63,986 bases of DNA, filler included, from Barthelona sp. PAP020 (GCA_040182905.1; 9 parts of 9 records of this genome joined end to end with filler, not necessarily neighbours in it), one strand, 5' to 3'; counted from the whole stretch's first letter, positions 31,782 to 41,750 are shown. The notes: generated by a model not told the origin, from the sequence alone. Program-made: numbers and translations.

Positions 31782-33395
31782 ATGATTCCAATAGGTTTTG
31801 AACATTGTTGCCGAAAAACTGAGCATCTGCAAAAATTATTTCATTTTTTAAATCGAAATGAAAATTCTTCTTCGAATCAATCACGTTCGAATCGAAATTC
31901 CATGATAATTTCCCCAATTGCTGGATTAAAACGTAGTCAACAACAACATAAAAAGCCAAAACCACGGCCTTCTTTTGAAAATCCTCCTTTGCAAACATTT
32001 CAATTTTATAAAGCAAAAAAAGGACAACAACCTTCACTCAATTTGTTAGAACCAAAATTAGAATTGACGAATAATGAAAAACAAAACCCTATACAAACAT
32101 TTTCAAGTGAACATGACAATTCTTCAAAAACAAATTCCATCAGTACTTTGGCTTCTGCTTTAAAAAGCTTTGGTGAAATCATACCACTTGGAAATATTCC
32201 CATAACTGTTGATGTTGAAGGGATATATGAAAAGTCCCCGATTACTTTACATGTCAGTGAAGATACAACTGTTAAGCAAACCGTTAATCAATTGGTTAAT
32301 ATTTTAAAGAATAAAGGAATCTCTTTGGGTGTGAAAAAATTTGAATTGGCGGTGATTGAAGACGGAGAAATTGATTTGGGATTTGAGCTTGACTCAAACA
32401 GTTGTGTTTTAAATTTTGGAACAACCACATTTATTTTAGTTGAATCACTTAGAAATGTATCATACGATGAAAATGGTGTTTTGGATGAGCCATATTCTCT
32501 TTCGACTGAAGATTCTGTTTGTTCATTGAAGACCGTTCCAACTTATCATACTTATGATCCATCATTCTTCAAACAGTCTCAATTTATCAATATTCATTGG
32601 GATAACGAAGTATTTAAACTGTTTATTAACCCTGGAATGTTTTTAAAAGATGTTTTAATGATTATCTGCGAACAAAAATATATCCCAGTATCCAGTGCTT
32701 CCTTTTATTTAACTTCTGAGATCAAGGAGAAAATTAGATTAAATACATCTGTTGAAAATCCGATGGAACTTGAGTTACCCTTGGATTTATATAAGACGTT
32801 GATTCAGTACAGCATTAAGAATATACGTATGATTGTTGACTCCCGGATCAAGTCTTTACCAATGGAATTTTCTGACGAAACTGTCGTTTTCACTTATTTT
32901 TTTAATGAAATTACAGCTACACAATATGAAGAATTTCCGGTTATCAAAATCAATAGATATGGTACAAGGCAGGAGCGAATAATGGGAATTGATGGGCATA
33001 AAGTGCATAATATTATAGGGAAATCTTCTCAAATTTTATTCTTAAAGTTATCTAAACGTCCAAAAACAGCCGCGCATTTTTTGAGAGATATAATAAAGAT
33101 AAGAACGAATTCTGTAGTCAGTTGTATTGAAAAAAATTTGTTTTGTAAAGACAGAGTGCAATCAAATCATCTCAAATTTTACATTACGTATTTGGAGAAC
33201 GATGAAGAAAATGAGTATCACTTTGAATGTGAGAATGTTCCTCAAAAGTTTCAAATCTTATCAAAATTGAAATTTTTGATTTCTTTACTTCATCATGATG
33301 TTCACTATGAACCAATCAAACCTTCAGATACAGTAATTTATGAATGGAAACCAATAAGGTCAAGAACAACTTCCACGTCTTCTTTTCAATTTTAA
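31782..33395 (+). CDS. SIN1: TORC2 subunit SIN1/Avo1/RIP3-like (CRIM, RBD, PH domains)
   Basis: CRIM-like PITLHVSEDTTVKQTV..FELAVIEDGEIDLGF; PH-like QYEEFPVIKINRYGTRQERIMGIDG; 5' end uncertain. Confidence 0.75.
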   Translation: MIPIGFEHCCRKTEHLQKLFHFLNRNENSSSNQSRSNRNSMIISPIAGLKRSQQQHKKPKPRPSFENPPLQTFQFYKAKKGQQPSLNLLEPKLELTNNEKQNPIQTFSSEHDNSSKTNSISTLASALKSFGEIIPLGNIPITVDVEGIYEKSPITLHVSEDTTVKQTVNQLVNILKNKGISLGVKKFELAVIEDGEIDLGFELDSNSCVLNFGTTTFILVESLRNVSYDENGVLDEPYSLSTEDSVCSLKTVPTYHTYDPSFFKQSQFINIHWDNEVFKLFINPGMFLKDVLMIICEQKYIPVSSASFYLTSEIKEKIRLNTSVENPMELELPLDLYKTLIQYSIKNIRMIVDSRIKSLPMEFSDETVVFTYFFNEITATQYEEFPVIKINRYGTRQERIMGIDGHKVHNIIGKSSQILFLKLSKRPKTAAHFLRDIIKIRTNSVVSCIEKNLFCKDRVQSNHLKFYITYLENDEENEYHFECENVPQKFQILSKLKFLISLLHHDVHYEPIKPSDTVIYEWKPIRSRTTSTSSFQF

Positions 33396-33490
33396 TATTT
33401 ATCGATAAAAAATAATAGTTCTATTTTTACAAAAGTTTATCAAAAAAAATTTAATTCAAAATAAGAAATATTTTTGTTGCTTAATATTAC

Positions 33491-34666
33491 TCACGGTTCT
33501 TGTGTGAAAGGCGTAAAAATATCTTCATAGTTGAAAGAAGGATATGAAGCAGGAGTCGTCATGAAATCCTGAATCATCATTTCATCTCCCTTTTCCATGA
33601 ATAGAACACCAGATCCTGGTTTAAACTTCTTTAAAAACAAGTCCCTTTGTTCTAGCCCTTGTATTTCATTGGCCACAGCTGTAAATGGTCTTGTTCCAGA
33701 TAACCTTTCAAAGTTATTTTCGACATCCCAACTAGTCAAATTCATCAAATGACCTTGAAGCCTCAGTTGAAATTGTTTCGATAATATTCTTGTGCAAGGT
33801 AATGTTGGTTCAAATGTAAGATGATAGTATTGAGAAAAAACGTCAGAAATTTCAATTTCTCCATTCTCCAATCTAATCTCCAAATATTTCAGTGAATTTA
33901 AAAAGGCAAACAATTCTTCTCTTGCTTTCTTTATCAAAAAATAATATTTAGACCACCTGCTGATTTGCATACAAACCATCTCAAATCTCTTATTTCTCAT
34001 TAATTTTTTCGACTTCTTTTTTACCACACCAGTTTCTGATATCAAACCACATGCTTCCAAAGGAACCAAACAAGCGGATAGTCTACGTCGATCAAAACCT
34101 GTTTTGTTAACCAACTCTTCTCTTGTGTTTGATGAGATCTTGAGTTCCTCCAAAACTTTGATTACACATTCTTCCAATGACTTTTTATCCCTTTGAGTTC
34201 TTTTGGTTTCAAGTGTCCTTCTCGGATATATTCCAACTCTGTCACACCACGGTAAATGTAGTGGTGGATTGCTATCCAAATCTTCTATTGTATAACCATA
34301 TGCAACAAGATTCAACAATTCAAAATCAGGCCTATGTTCATTCAAAATATTTATTAAAAACATGGGCAAATTCTGATGATTGACAAATATCTTTTCTTTA
34401 GGATGTAAATGGTCTTTTATCAAATGAGCATTTCCTTTACTGTCAAAAATAGTTGAAGAAGCGGGTGAAAATGGAGGTAATATAAGGGGTTCATAATGTT
34501 GGGATGGAATGTTAGTTCTAAACAGTTCATCACTATTTAACTTAGGAGACTTTTTATACTGTTCATTAAAGCCAAATGAAGATGATGTTAATGGTGAATA
34601 TGTTCTTGTTCTTTGAGTTCCAATGTGAATATCATTGAAACTCCCAAATTGATTGTAATAATTCAT
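33491..34666 (-). CDS. Divergent E2F/DP-like winged-helix protein
   Basis: KSLEECVIKVL..TREELVNKTGFDRRRLSACLVPLEACGLIS parallels the E2F RRIYDI.NVLE.IGLI helix. Confidence 0.6.
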   Translation of the reverse strand: MNYYNQFGSFNDIHIGTQRTRTYSPLTSSSFGFNEQYKKSPKLNSDELFRTNIPSQHYEPLILPPFSPASSTIFDSKGNAHLIKDHLHPKEKIFVNHQNLPMFLINILNEHRPDFELLNLVAYGYTIEDLDSNPPLHLPWCDRVGIYPRRTLETKRTQRDKKSLEECVIKVLEELKISSNTREELVNKTGFDRRRLSACLVPLEACGLISETGVVKKKSKKLMRNKRFEMVCMQISRWSKYYFLIKKAREELFAFLNSLKYLEIRLENGEIEISDVFSQYYHLTFEPTLPCTRILSKQFQLRLQGHLMNLTSWDVENNFERLSGTRPFTAVANEIQGLEQRDLFLKKFKPGSGVLFMEKGDEMMIQDFMTTPASYPSFNYEDIFTPFTQEP

Positions 34667-35038
34667 CAATAATAATTCTGTTGAAAATCAGGTAAAAGAC
34701 ATCAGGTAATTATTACAAGCCTAAAGGGATTTCTTCATTTGCAAATGTTCCTAAAGGTTAACAATTTTTGAAAACATTTCTCATTGATTTCTTTATCCGA
34801 GTGATAATGGCAATAAATAGTAATTATTAAAGAAATAATGTTTTCCTTTTTTGTTAGGAAATTAAAAAAAATTTCACAATACTCTTACTATAAAATGATT
34901 AGTTTGTTTTTAATTCATTTGTTTTTTCTTTATAAAATGTTATTCATGATGTTACTTTTATTTTGAACCATTGATCAATCATATTAATCGAAAATTATTT
35001 GAAAAAATTAATAAACAAATCTTTTCTTCTATTTTTGC

Positions 35039-36241
35039 ATGTCTGACGAATCTTACGAGCATTTAACAAACAAAAATCTTCCTGAACTATTTCTTTGGAA
35101 AATTGATAAAGAAAAGATGAAGATAATTGAAGGAAAAATATCTTTTCTGGTTTTTGCTTGTGAATATTCGCCAAATGGAAAATATTTAGCAGTTTCTGGT
35201 AATTGTGAAGTGCATATTTTTGATGCAGAAAATGAAGACCATATTTGTACTTTAAAAGATCATAAAAGTTTTGTTAATGCCATTGCATTTTCACAAGATG
35301 GAAAATTGTTGGCTTCAGGTTCCAGTGATAGTTCGATTATAATATATAAATTGGAAGATTTCAGTATTTTGACCCAATTGAAAAATGAAACCTTTGTTTA
35401 TTGTATTTGCTTTTCACATTGTTCTAATTATATATATTTTAATGGTAATTGTGGAAATTTACAAAAATTGGATATATATAATGAAAATCTTGTTTGTCAA
35501 TCTGAAATTCATTTAAATCATGTTGAGAAACTTAAAATTTCTACTACTGGTGAATATATTTTATCAGCAAGTCATGATAGCATAGCAAATTTAATTAATT
35601 CTTATGATTTGTCTGTTATTCGTACATTTGACCATGATGGAGTTGTCAGAACGATTGATTTTCATCCAACCGCAAAAATAATTGCTCTTGGTGGCAATTC
35701 CAACACCATCACTCTTTGGGACATCAATGATAATTCACCAATTCATTGCATCAATTCAGATGGTGAAGTTTACGCCCTTCAATTTCTATCATCAGCAATT
35801 CTTGTGGTAATGTCTAATGATGGTTATATCACGTCGTTCAATATTGACAATCTTCAACCCCTTCAAAGTATTTTTTGCAACTGTGACTCACTCTTATTTT
35901 CTTGTGCTATATCGCCAAATAAAACAAAAGTATGCTGTGGACGATGTGCTAACAATACACTAAAGGTATATCCAATCAATTCCCCATATTCCCCTTCATT
36001 TCAATCAGAACTTATTGAATTCTCAAAAAAAGGTGATTATTCACTATTCACTACTTATTTTAAGGACCTGACCTCTTCTTTCATTCGAAAATTAGTAAAT
36101 ATGGGTCTTAATGTGAATTACGAGCAATATGGTATGATTATTGATGATTGTTGGGATTTGGTTACTTTAAACAAAAATAATGGGGGTAATATTTATGAAT
36201 TTTTTGATGAAAGAACAAATAACAGTGATAATGACGATTAA
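35039..36241 (+). CDS. WD40-repeat protein with conserved C-terminal CWDL..NGGN domain (paralog of 24262-25644)
   Basis: LKDHKSFVNAIAFSQDGKLLASGSSDSSIIIY and further blades; C-terminal IRKLVNMG..IIDDCWDLVTLNKNNGGN. Confidence 0.9.
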   Translation: MSDESYEHLTNKNLPELFLWKIDKEKMKIIEGKISFLVFACEYSPNGKYLAVSGNCEVHIFDAENEDHICTLKDHKSFVNAIAFSQDGKLLASGSSDSSIIIYKLEDFSILTQLKNETFVYCICFSHCSNYIYFNGNCGNLQKLDIYNENLVCQSEIHLNHVEKLKISTTGEYILSASHDSIANLINSYDLSVIRTFDHDGVVRTIDFHPTAKIIALGGNSNTITLWDINDNSPIHCINSDGEVYALQFLSSAILVVMSNDGYITSFNIDNLQPLQSIFCNCDSLLFSCAISPNKTKVCCGRCANNTLKVYPINSPYSPSFQSELIEFSKKGDYSLFTTYFKDLTSSFIRKLVNMGLNVNYEQYGMIIDDCWDLVTLNKNNGGNIYEFFDERTNNSDNDD

Positions 36242-36561
36242 GGTTGCAAAAATGCAGTAAATATGTATTATATAGGGGTATAGGGTAATTTAAAAGAAAA
36301 ATGTGGGAAAACAGGAAATGTCAATGTGCATTCGTGGTTATGAAATAAAATTTCATAACATGCTAATTAAGTGTATATTTGCCTAATCTCCAAGTATTCA
36401 AGGTTTACAACATAAAGTTTCAGCCACATACTCACAAATTTGAATTTAAATTTTGAAGAAATTTATCAAAATTATATTTATGAACAACACAGAATCGCAG
36501 AGGGTGGATTCTTTTTTTTTTATACAGGACAATCAGTTTTCTGTCCTAAATCAGAGCAAGA

Positions 36562-36760
36562 AGTGTTCAGAGCAAAGCAGATAGATTTCACAAGAAAGAC
36601 AAAATAAACATTGTTCATAGTTTATTTTTGCACCTTTAATTTCAATAAATATCAATATTGAAAGTGAAATGACAACAAAGAATCAAATGATTCAGGGTAA
36701 TAAGGATGAAAGTATGCATAGCAGGTTAACAAGGAATTACAAGGGTTCATTCAGGAAACC
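36562..36760 (+). repeat. Dispersed repeat module D, second copy
   Basis: Aligns to 27537-27730 in the same orientation. Confidence 0.85.
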
Positions 36761-36922
36761 CAGAGAAGAACAATCAAAATTTATTGGCAAGAAGGGAAAA
36801 GATTATTAAACTTTTATTTAGATAATCGCCCCCATCCACACCTAAAGTATTTTTTTTTTTTTTAAGAGTGTTCTGAACCATCCACGCAAAACGACTCAGT
36901 TGCAAGTACCCCCAAACTCTAA

Positions 36923-37022
36923 NNNNNNNNNNNNNNNNNNNNNNNNNNNNNNNNNNNNNNNNNNNNTTAATTAATTAANNNNNNNNNNNNNNNNNNNNNN
37001 NNNNNNNNNNNNNNNNNNNNNN
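36923..37022. other. Artificial contig-joining linker
   Basis: N44-TTAATTAATTAA-N44. Confidence 0.98.
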
Positions 37023-37125
37023 TGGAGGTCTGAGAAGACTATCTTTGAACATTAGAATTCCTGAAGAACGTTTAGATCTCACTGCAACTGGTGAAAAGCT
37101 CACTTTTAAAATAAGGTTGCAGTAG
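37023..37125 (+). CDS. C-terminal fragment of an unidentified protein (truncated by linker)
   Basis: Open frame GGLRRLSLNIRIPEERLDLTATGEKLTFKIRLQ*. Confidence 0.45.
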
Positions 37126-37148
37126 TTTCAATAAGCATATGGTAATTA

Positions 37149-37739
37149 TTATTGATTTAGTGATTGTTGATATTTTGCTAAGATGTTTTGTTGCAAAGTG
37201 TTGATGGATTGCATCGTTTCTATTATAAGTTCTTGTTCTTTTTCAATATTTGGTAATAGTTCACTTAAATCAACAGCCTCAGGCATAGGGGTACCGTCAC
37301 CATATATAAATGGTTTTTTTCTGTCTCTTTTTTTCCCTTCTTTTGATATTAATGGTGTTGTTTGTAAAACGTTTAAAATATCATATAAACGTCGATAATC
37401 TAGTCCCAAATCATTCATTTCGGCAAAACTTAACTTTCCTCTTAATTGCATTAATTCCAATATTTGTTTTGTTATCACTTCTAATCCAGGAGCTTTCTTT
37501 TTTCTACGTGGTCTGTTGGATTGTTCTTTTTCCTTTTCTTTTTTTTCATCGGAAATTTGATTTGATTTAACTAGTAAATTAATGTCATCATTATTATCGT
37601 TATCAATGATGAATCCTGCACTTACGGATGATGACTGTTGAGATGGATTTAATTCTGGTATTTCAGAAAAAGGAATAAACCCACTCGTTTCTTTGCCTTT
37701 TTTTTTCTCTCTATCTAAATTGAGTTCACTACTTTGCAT
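37149..37739 (-). CDS. E2F/DP family transcription factor (compact)
   Basis: GLEVITKQIL..YRRLYDILNVLQ..LISKEGK canonical RRxYD motif, followed by a coiled coil. Confidence 0.85.
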   Translation of the reverse strand: MQSSELNLDREKKKGKETSGFIPFSEIPELNPSQQSSSVSAGFIIDNDNNDDINLLVKSNQISDEKKEKEKEQSNRPRRKKKAPGLEVITKQILELMQLRGKLSFAEMNDLGLDYRRLYDILNVLQTTPLISKEGKKRDRKKPFIYGDGTPMPEAVDLSELLPNIEKEQELIIETMQSINTLQQNILAKYQQSLNQ

Positions 37740-38127
37740 TAAGCATTAACAACTATCAAAATAAAAAAAAAATAGGAAAATACCAACAACCGAAAACATA
37801 TCCTTTTTCCCTGATTTTGAAATTTTTTTTTTTGAAATGTTTTTTGTTCACTTGTTTATTTCAAAAAGAAAGTTTAAAAGGGTTTTCTTCTTTGGATGTA
37901 AAAGAAAACCCTCAACTTGGCATTGTTACTGCCTCCTTCCAAACGACATACTATTCGTTTGTTTGAATAACATTTGGTTTTAAAAAAGCACTCATCTAGT
38001 TTAAATAATAAAATGTTGGTAATTCTGAGATGAATATTTGTTGGATTTTTGCTTTGGCACTCAAAAAATGGCAGTAATTTTTTTTTTTGGATTTTCAAAT
38101 AATAACAAATTATTATTTGAAAATTTT

Positions 38128-39264
38128 ATGAAAAGTAACAAATTTATTGTATTAACTGAAAGATATATAATTCAAGAAATCTCAAATGACAATTCACAAT
38201 TTCAATCTGCGAATTTACGTTATTTAACCCAATTATCACTACCAGGAACTCCTAGAAAGGCTAGAATATCGTCCATAGGAAGTAGTTTTCGAAATTTAGT
38301 TTCCTTAAGAAAGTTAGATTTGAGCAGAAATGCTCTTGAATATTTGGATGGTTTTCAGGATTTAACACAATTAAGTGATTTAAATTTACATTATAACAAT
38401 ATTGAATCATTGGAAGAAATTAAAAAGTTACGACCTTTATCAAAATTAAGACATTTGAATCTTTCTTTGAATCCTATAACCAAGATTGAAAATTATAGAG
38501 TTAAAATTCTGCATATTTTGCCTCATTTAACTGTTTTAAATGATAAGCCTGTTGCTTCTGAAGAATTGATTGAGGCAAATCAGTTGACTGAAGAGATATC
38601 CTCAAGTTATCCGTTTTCTACTGATAGAAAAAGAATTAATTATCAGTTACAGAGAGGTAGTTGCAGAAACAATGAAGATTCGTTTATTCTGGAAAAGAAT
38701 GTAATTGATGCCAAGGAGGACTCTTTATTATTGGAACAAACTGTTGAATCTTTGGTGGATTTGTTTGGCTCTTTGGGGATTGAACCTGCGGTTGGAAAAA
38801 AAGAAATATTGTGTGACAATTTAAAAACGTTATTAAAACCTTTGCAAATTATAGAAAACAATCAGGCCCCAACTTCTCAATTATTGCAATATCAAAAGAA
38901 TGAAAAAGAATATGTAAAGCAAATTATACAAATAAAGAATGAGATGAAGGAACAAAACCATAGAATTCAGCATTTAAAAGAAAAAAATCAAAATCTTTTC
39001 AAGCAGTTGGAAAGCAAAACTGTAAAAATCAACGATCACAATACTCTGCAATTGAATAATTTCGAACCTTCGTTTAGTAATATCAAACAAAGAATTTTCA
39101 CATTAATGGAACCACATGATCAATTGATTTCTGTAAACAATGAATTGTTGCAAAAATTAAAAGAAAAGGAAGAAGAATTTGCTTTAGTTCACCAAAAAGT
39201 ACAAGAAAATAGTAATAGTATGCAACAATATTTGAATTCCATATTGATAAACAACAAACAGTGA
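38128..39264 (+). CDS. CEP72: CEP72/LRRC36-like LRR plus coiled-coil centrosomal protein
   Basis: LSLPGT..ISSIGSSFRNLVSLRKLDLSRNAL..LNLHYNNIESLEE..LNPITKIENYRVKILHILPHL..LNDKPV matches the CEP72 N-terminus; likely ATG 38128. Confidence 0.7.
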   Translation: MKSNKFIVLTERYIIQEISNDNSQFQSANLRYLTQLSLPGTPRKARISSIGSSFRNLVSLRKLDLSRNALEYLDGFQDLTQLSDLNLHYNNIESLEEIKKLRPLSKLRHLNLSLNPITKIENYRVKILHILPHLTVLNDKPVASEELIEANQLTEEISSSYPFSTDRKRINYQLQRGSCRNNEDSFILEKNVIDAKEDSLLLEQTVESLVDLFGSLGIEPAVGKKEILCDNLKTLLKPLQIIENNQAPTSQLLQYQKNEKEYVKQIIQIKNEMKEQNHRIQHLKEKNQNLFKQLESKTVKINDHNTLQLNNFEPSFSNIKQRIFTLMEPHDQLISVNNELLQKLKEKEEEFALVHQKVQENSNSMQQYLNSILINNKQ

Positions 39265-39386
39265 TTTTTTTTTTTTTTTTTTTTTTATTTTTTTTTTTTT
39301 TTTTTTTAATTTTCTTTTTCAATCAGTTTTTAAAAATTGTATTAATGAAAAGATAAAAATGAATAAAAATAACAATATATAAGTAT

Positions 39387-40061
39387 TTACAAATACATGA
39401 CAACTGCAAATAAAACAAGCACTAATAATAAAACAAACAACCATTGACAACAACCAATTTGTTCCTTTTCCACAATTTCAGCTTTATCAATTCCATGCTT
39501 TAATCTATTATCAGTATTTATTATGCGTGTATGTACATGTCCAGCAACATCTTGATACACTTCAATATCTTCAGTTGTATCCATTGTAACACCTTTTAAT
39601 GTTCTGACACTATTCAACATTTGTTTCGCTAATTTATCTTGTTGATCCAATTGATCATCTAACATTTGAGTAACATTTTGAGTACCACCAATTCTTAGTC
39701 TTTCACGTTCGCTTTCAGTCAATTCATAAGTCAATTCAGGAGTTATATTTGATCCACCTTGTACGCGTGCAGTGATATCAGAAATATCCTTTTCAAAACG
39801 AGCAATTTGATCTGTCCAACTTTGCAATTGATTACTGTGAATGGGAACATCTTGTCGAGAATAATAATCTAACGATTGTTTAATTCTCTCCAAATCAGGG
39901 TTAATGTTACGAATATCAGTAATAATTCTTGCCGAAATTCGAGCATTTTCAGACATCCCTATAGAATCACCAATTTTTGATAACACTCCTTTGATTTGTC
40001 TTATTTGGTCAGAAATAGCATCAATGGCTCTATCAATTTGAATAGTGGTTAAAGGTCTCAT
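39387..40061 (-). CDS. Qc-SNARE, syntaxin-8/6-like
   Basis: N-terminal helical bundle, SNARE motif QQD...NTDNRL, C-terminal TM anchor; start 40061 or 40094. Confidence 0.75.
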   Translation of the reverse strand: MRPLTTIQIDRAIDAISDQIRQIKGVLSKIGDSIGMSENARISARIITDIRNINPDLERIKQSLDYYSRQDVPIHSNQLQSWTDQIARFEKDISDITARVQGGSNITPELTYELTESERERLRIGGTQNVTQMLDDQLDQQDKLAKQMLNSVRTLKGVTMDTTEDIEVYQDVAGHVHTRIINTDNRLKHGIDKAEIVEKEQIGCCQWLFVLLLVLVLFAVVMYL

Positions 40062-40211
40062 GATAAAAAGAAATTTGTTTGTTTGTGATTTCATTTTTTC
40101 TTTTTAGAAAAATCCATTGTTTGTTTATTCAAAATGTTTTTGGTGTATTTTAAGCTCTGTAAAATTGTTTGTCTTATAACTAATTCCAACATTACTTTTA
40201 TTGTTTTTCTA

Positions 40212-40685
40212 ATGATACATTTTATTCTCTTGCAAAATCAACAAGGAAAAACAAGATTTTGCAAATATTACAGTCCAATGACCGAAATTGAAAAAAGACA
40301 AACTGAAGAAGAGACTTTGAGATTAATATTATCGAGAAGCAGTGAATCAGCCAATATAGTTGATGTATTTTATTTTTTATTGTATTGATTTACTAATGTT
40401 TAGTATAAAGATTTAAGATTGGTTTATCGAAAATATCAATCATTATATTTCACTTTTTGTATTGATTTGTCTGATAATATTTTGATGTATTTAGAATTTA
40501 TTCATTTTTTTGTTGAAACATTGGATACTTTATTCGATCGAGTCACAGAAAAGGACCTTGTTTTTGGATTTCATCATCTGTATGCCATTGTGGATGAATT
40601 AATATTGGCTGGTGAAATTCAAGAAACTTCAAAGAATGTGATATTTAGCAGAATGGATGAACTTAAATCTGCCGCAAAAATGTAG
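40212..40685 (+). CDS. AP2S1: AP-2 complex sigma subunit (2 exons: 40212-40364, 40404-40685)
   Basis: Spliced MIHFILLQNQQGKTRFCKYY..NIVD/YKDLRLVYRKYQSLYF..DNILMYLEFIHFFVE..DELILAGEIQETS. Confidence 0.85.
40365..40403 (+). other. 39-nt spliceosomal intron in AP-2 sigma
   Basis: GTATTTTATT...ACTAATGTTTAG; contains an in-frame TGA; removal fuses two sigma-adaptin ORFs. Confidence 0.92.
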
Positions 40686-41021
40686 TATAAATTTGTGTTG
40701 ATTTTCTTTGTTTTTTTACAACAACGTTGATAAAAAGAATAAGGTAGAGTTATAAAAAAACAATAAAAATGACATTTCTTTGGAAAAAAAAAAGGAAAAA
40801 AATAAGACAAAACCTTTTAGATTTGCTTAAACTTTGAATATTGAACAATTCAGATTTTCAAAACAAAATATATTGTCAAAATGATTTCCAATTTTGATAA
40901 TAACAAAAAAATAAATAGTTTTACAAAATAATGGCAATCGAAAAATACCTGCAAATAAATAAATCAAAAAGGATCTTCCAATTCCAAAACTTGTTTATTC
41001 TTCAAAAAGAAATCATAGCAA

Positions 41022-41750
41022 TTATTGATACATGTATAAAAATGGAAAAAACATTGAAAAATCTGTTTCTATGTGCTTCTCAGAATATAGAGAACCATTT
41101 GGAAGTATTCTTTGAATTCTTTGGGCGCGAAATCGATAAAGCATGGAAACTGCATGAGGTGAACCAATCACGCTCATTGCAGTTACCATGCAACAGAAAA
41201 CAAGATTATAATGATATTGAAAAACACATAAAGGATAAATTAAACGAATCACCGCCAATAAAATCATAAAAGACAACATTGGTCTCTCATTACAAGAATA
41301 CAAACCACCCAAATGCAGAAACCAATGAACAATAGACGAACTAACAATAAGAATAGTAATTCCCCACTCTATTGGAGAAAATATTGCTGAAATTGAAAAT
41401 AATGTGAAAACAATAATATCAGGCAAGGAAGGATATGTAACCAAATTAAAAATGTCCAATTGAACTTCATATTCTACATTTGGTAGAATAATTAACAAAT
41501 CTAAATATAATAATATCAAAGAAATGACCTGAAAGAAAAGAAAAATTTGGCTGAAAGAAAAATACAAATAAAAGGAGAGAATTGACAGAATTCCTGATGC
41601 AAACCACAATAATTTAATGGTTAAAGGTACAGGAATTTCGAATATTGAAGAGAAACCCGTTGGATAAATATTTTCTTGACTAAAGAATGACACGGGTTTG
41701 GATATAACTGGATAAGGAGGGTTTTCTTTGCCCTTCTTTGTTGTTTTCAT
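41022..41750 (-). CDS. Hypothetical multi-pass membrane protein
   Basis: 242 aa with about 5-6 hydrophobic segments. Confidence 0.65.
   Translation of the reverse strand: MKTTKKGKENPPYPVISKPVSFFSQENIYPTGFSSIFEIPVPLTIKLLWFASGILSILSFYLYFSFSQIFLFFQVISLILLYLDLLIILPNVEYEVQLDIFNLVTYPSLPDIIVFTLFSISAIFSPIEWGITILIVSSSIVHWFLHLGGLYSCNERPMLSFMILLAVIRLIYPLCVFQYHYNLVFCCMVTAMSVIGSPHAVSMLYRFRAQRIQRILPNGSLYSEKHIETDFSMFFPFLYMYQ

Noticed and set aside
36820..36922. GC-richer stretch at a contig end that might be the end of an snRNA, RNase P RNA or rRNA
   Set aside because: No convincing match to conserved motifs I can recall; too short and truncated to call
37740..37799. Possible upstream exon and GTATTT intron for the E2F gene
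   Set aside because: No acceptor gives both an in-frame join and the CTAAY-AG pattern seen in the other introns
39265..39308. Long poly(T) tract
   Set aside because: Homopolymer between convergent genes in an AT-rich genome; no sign of a retroposed insert or target-site duplication
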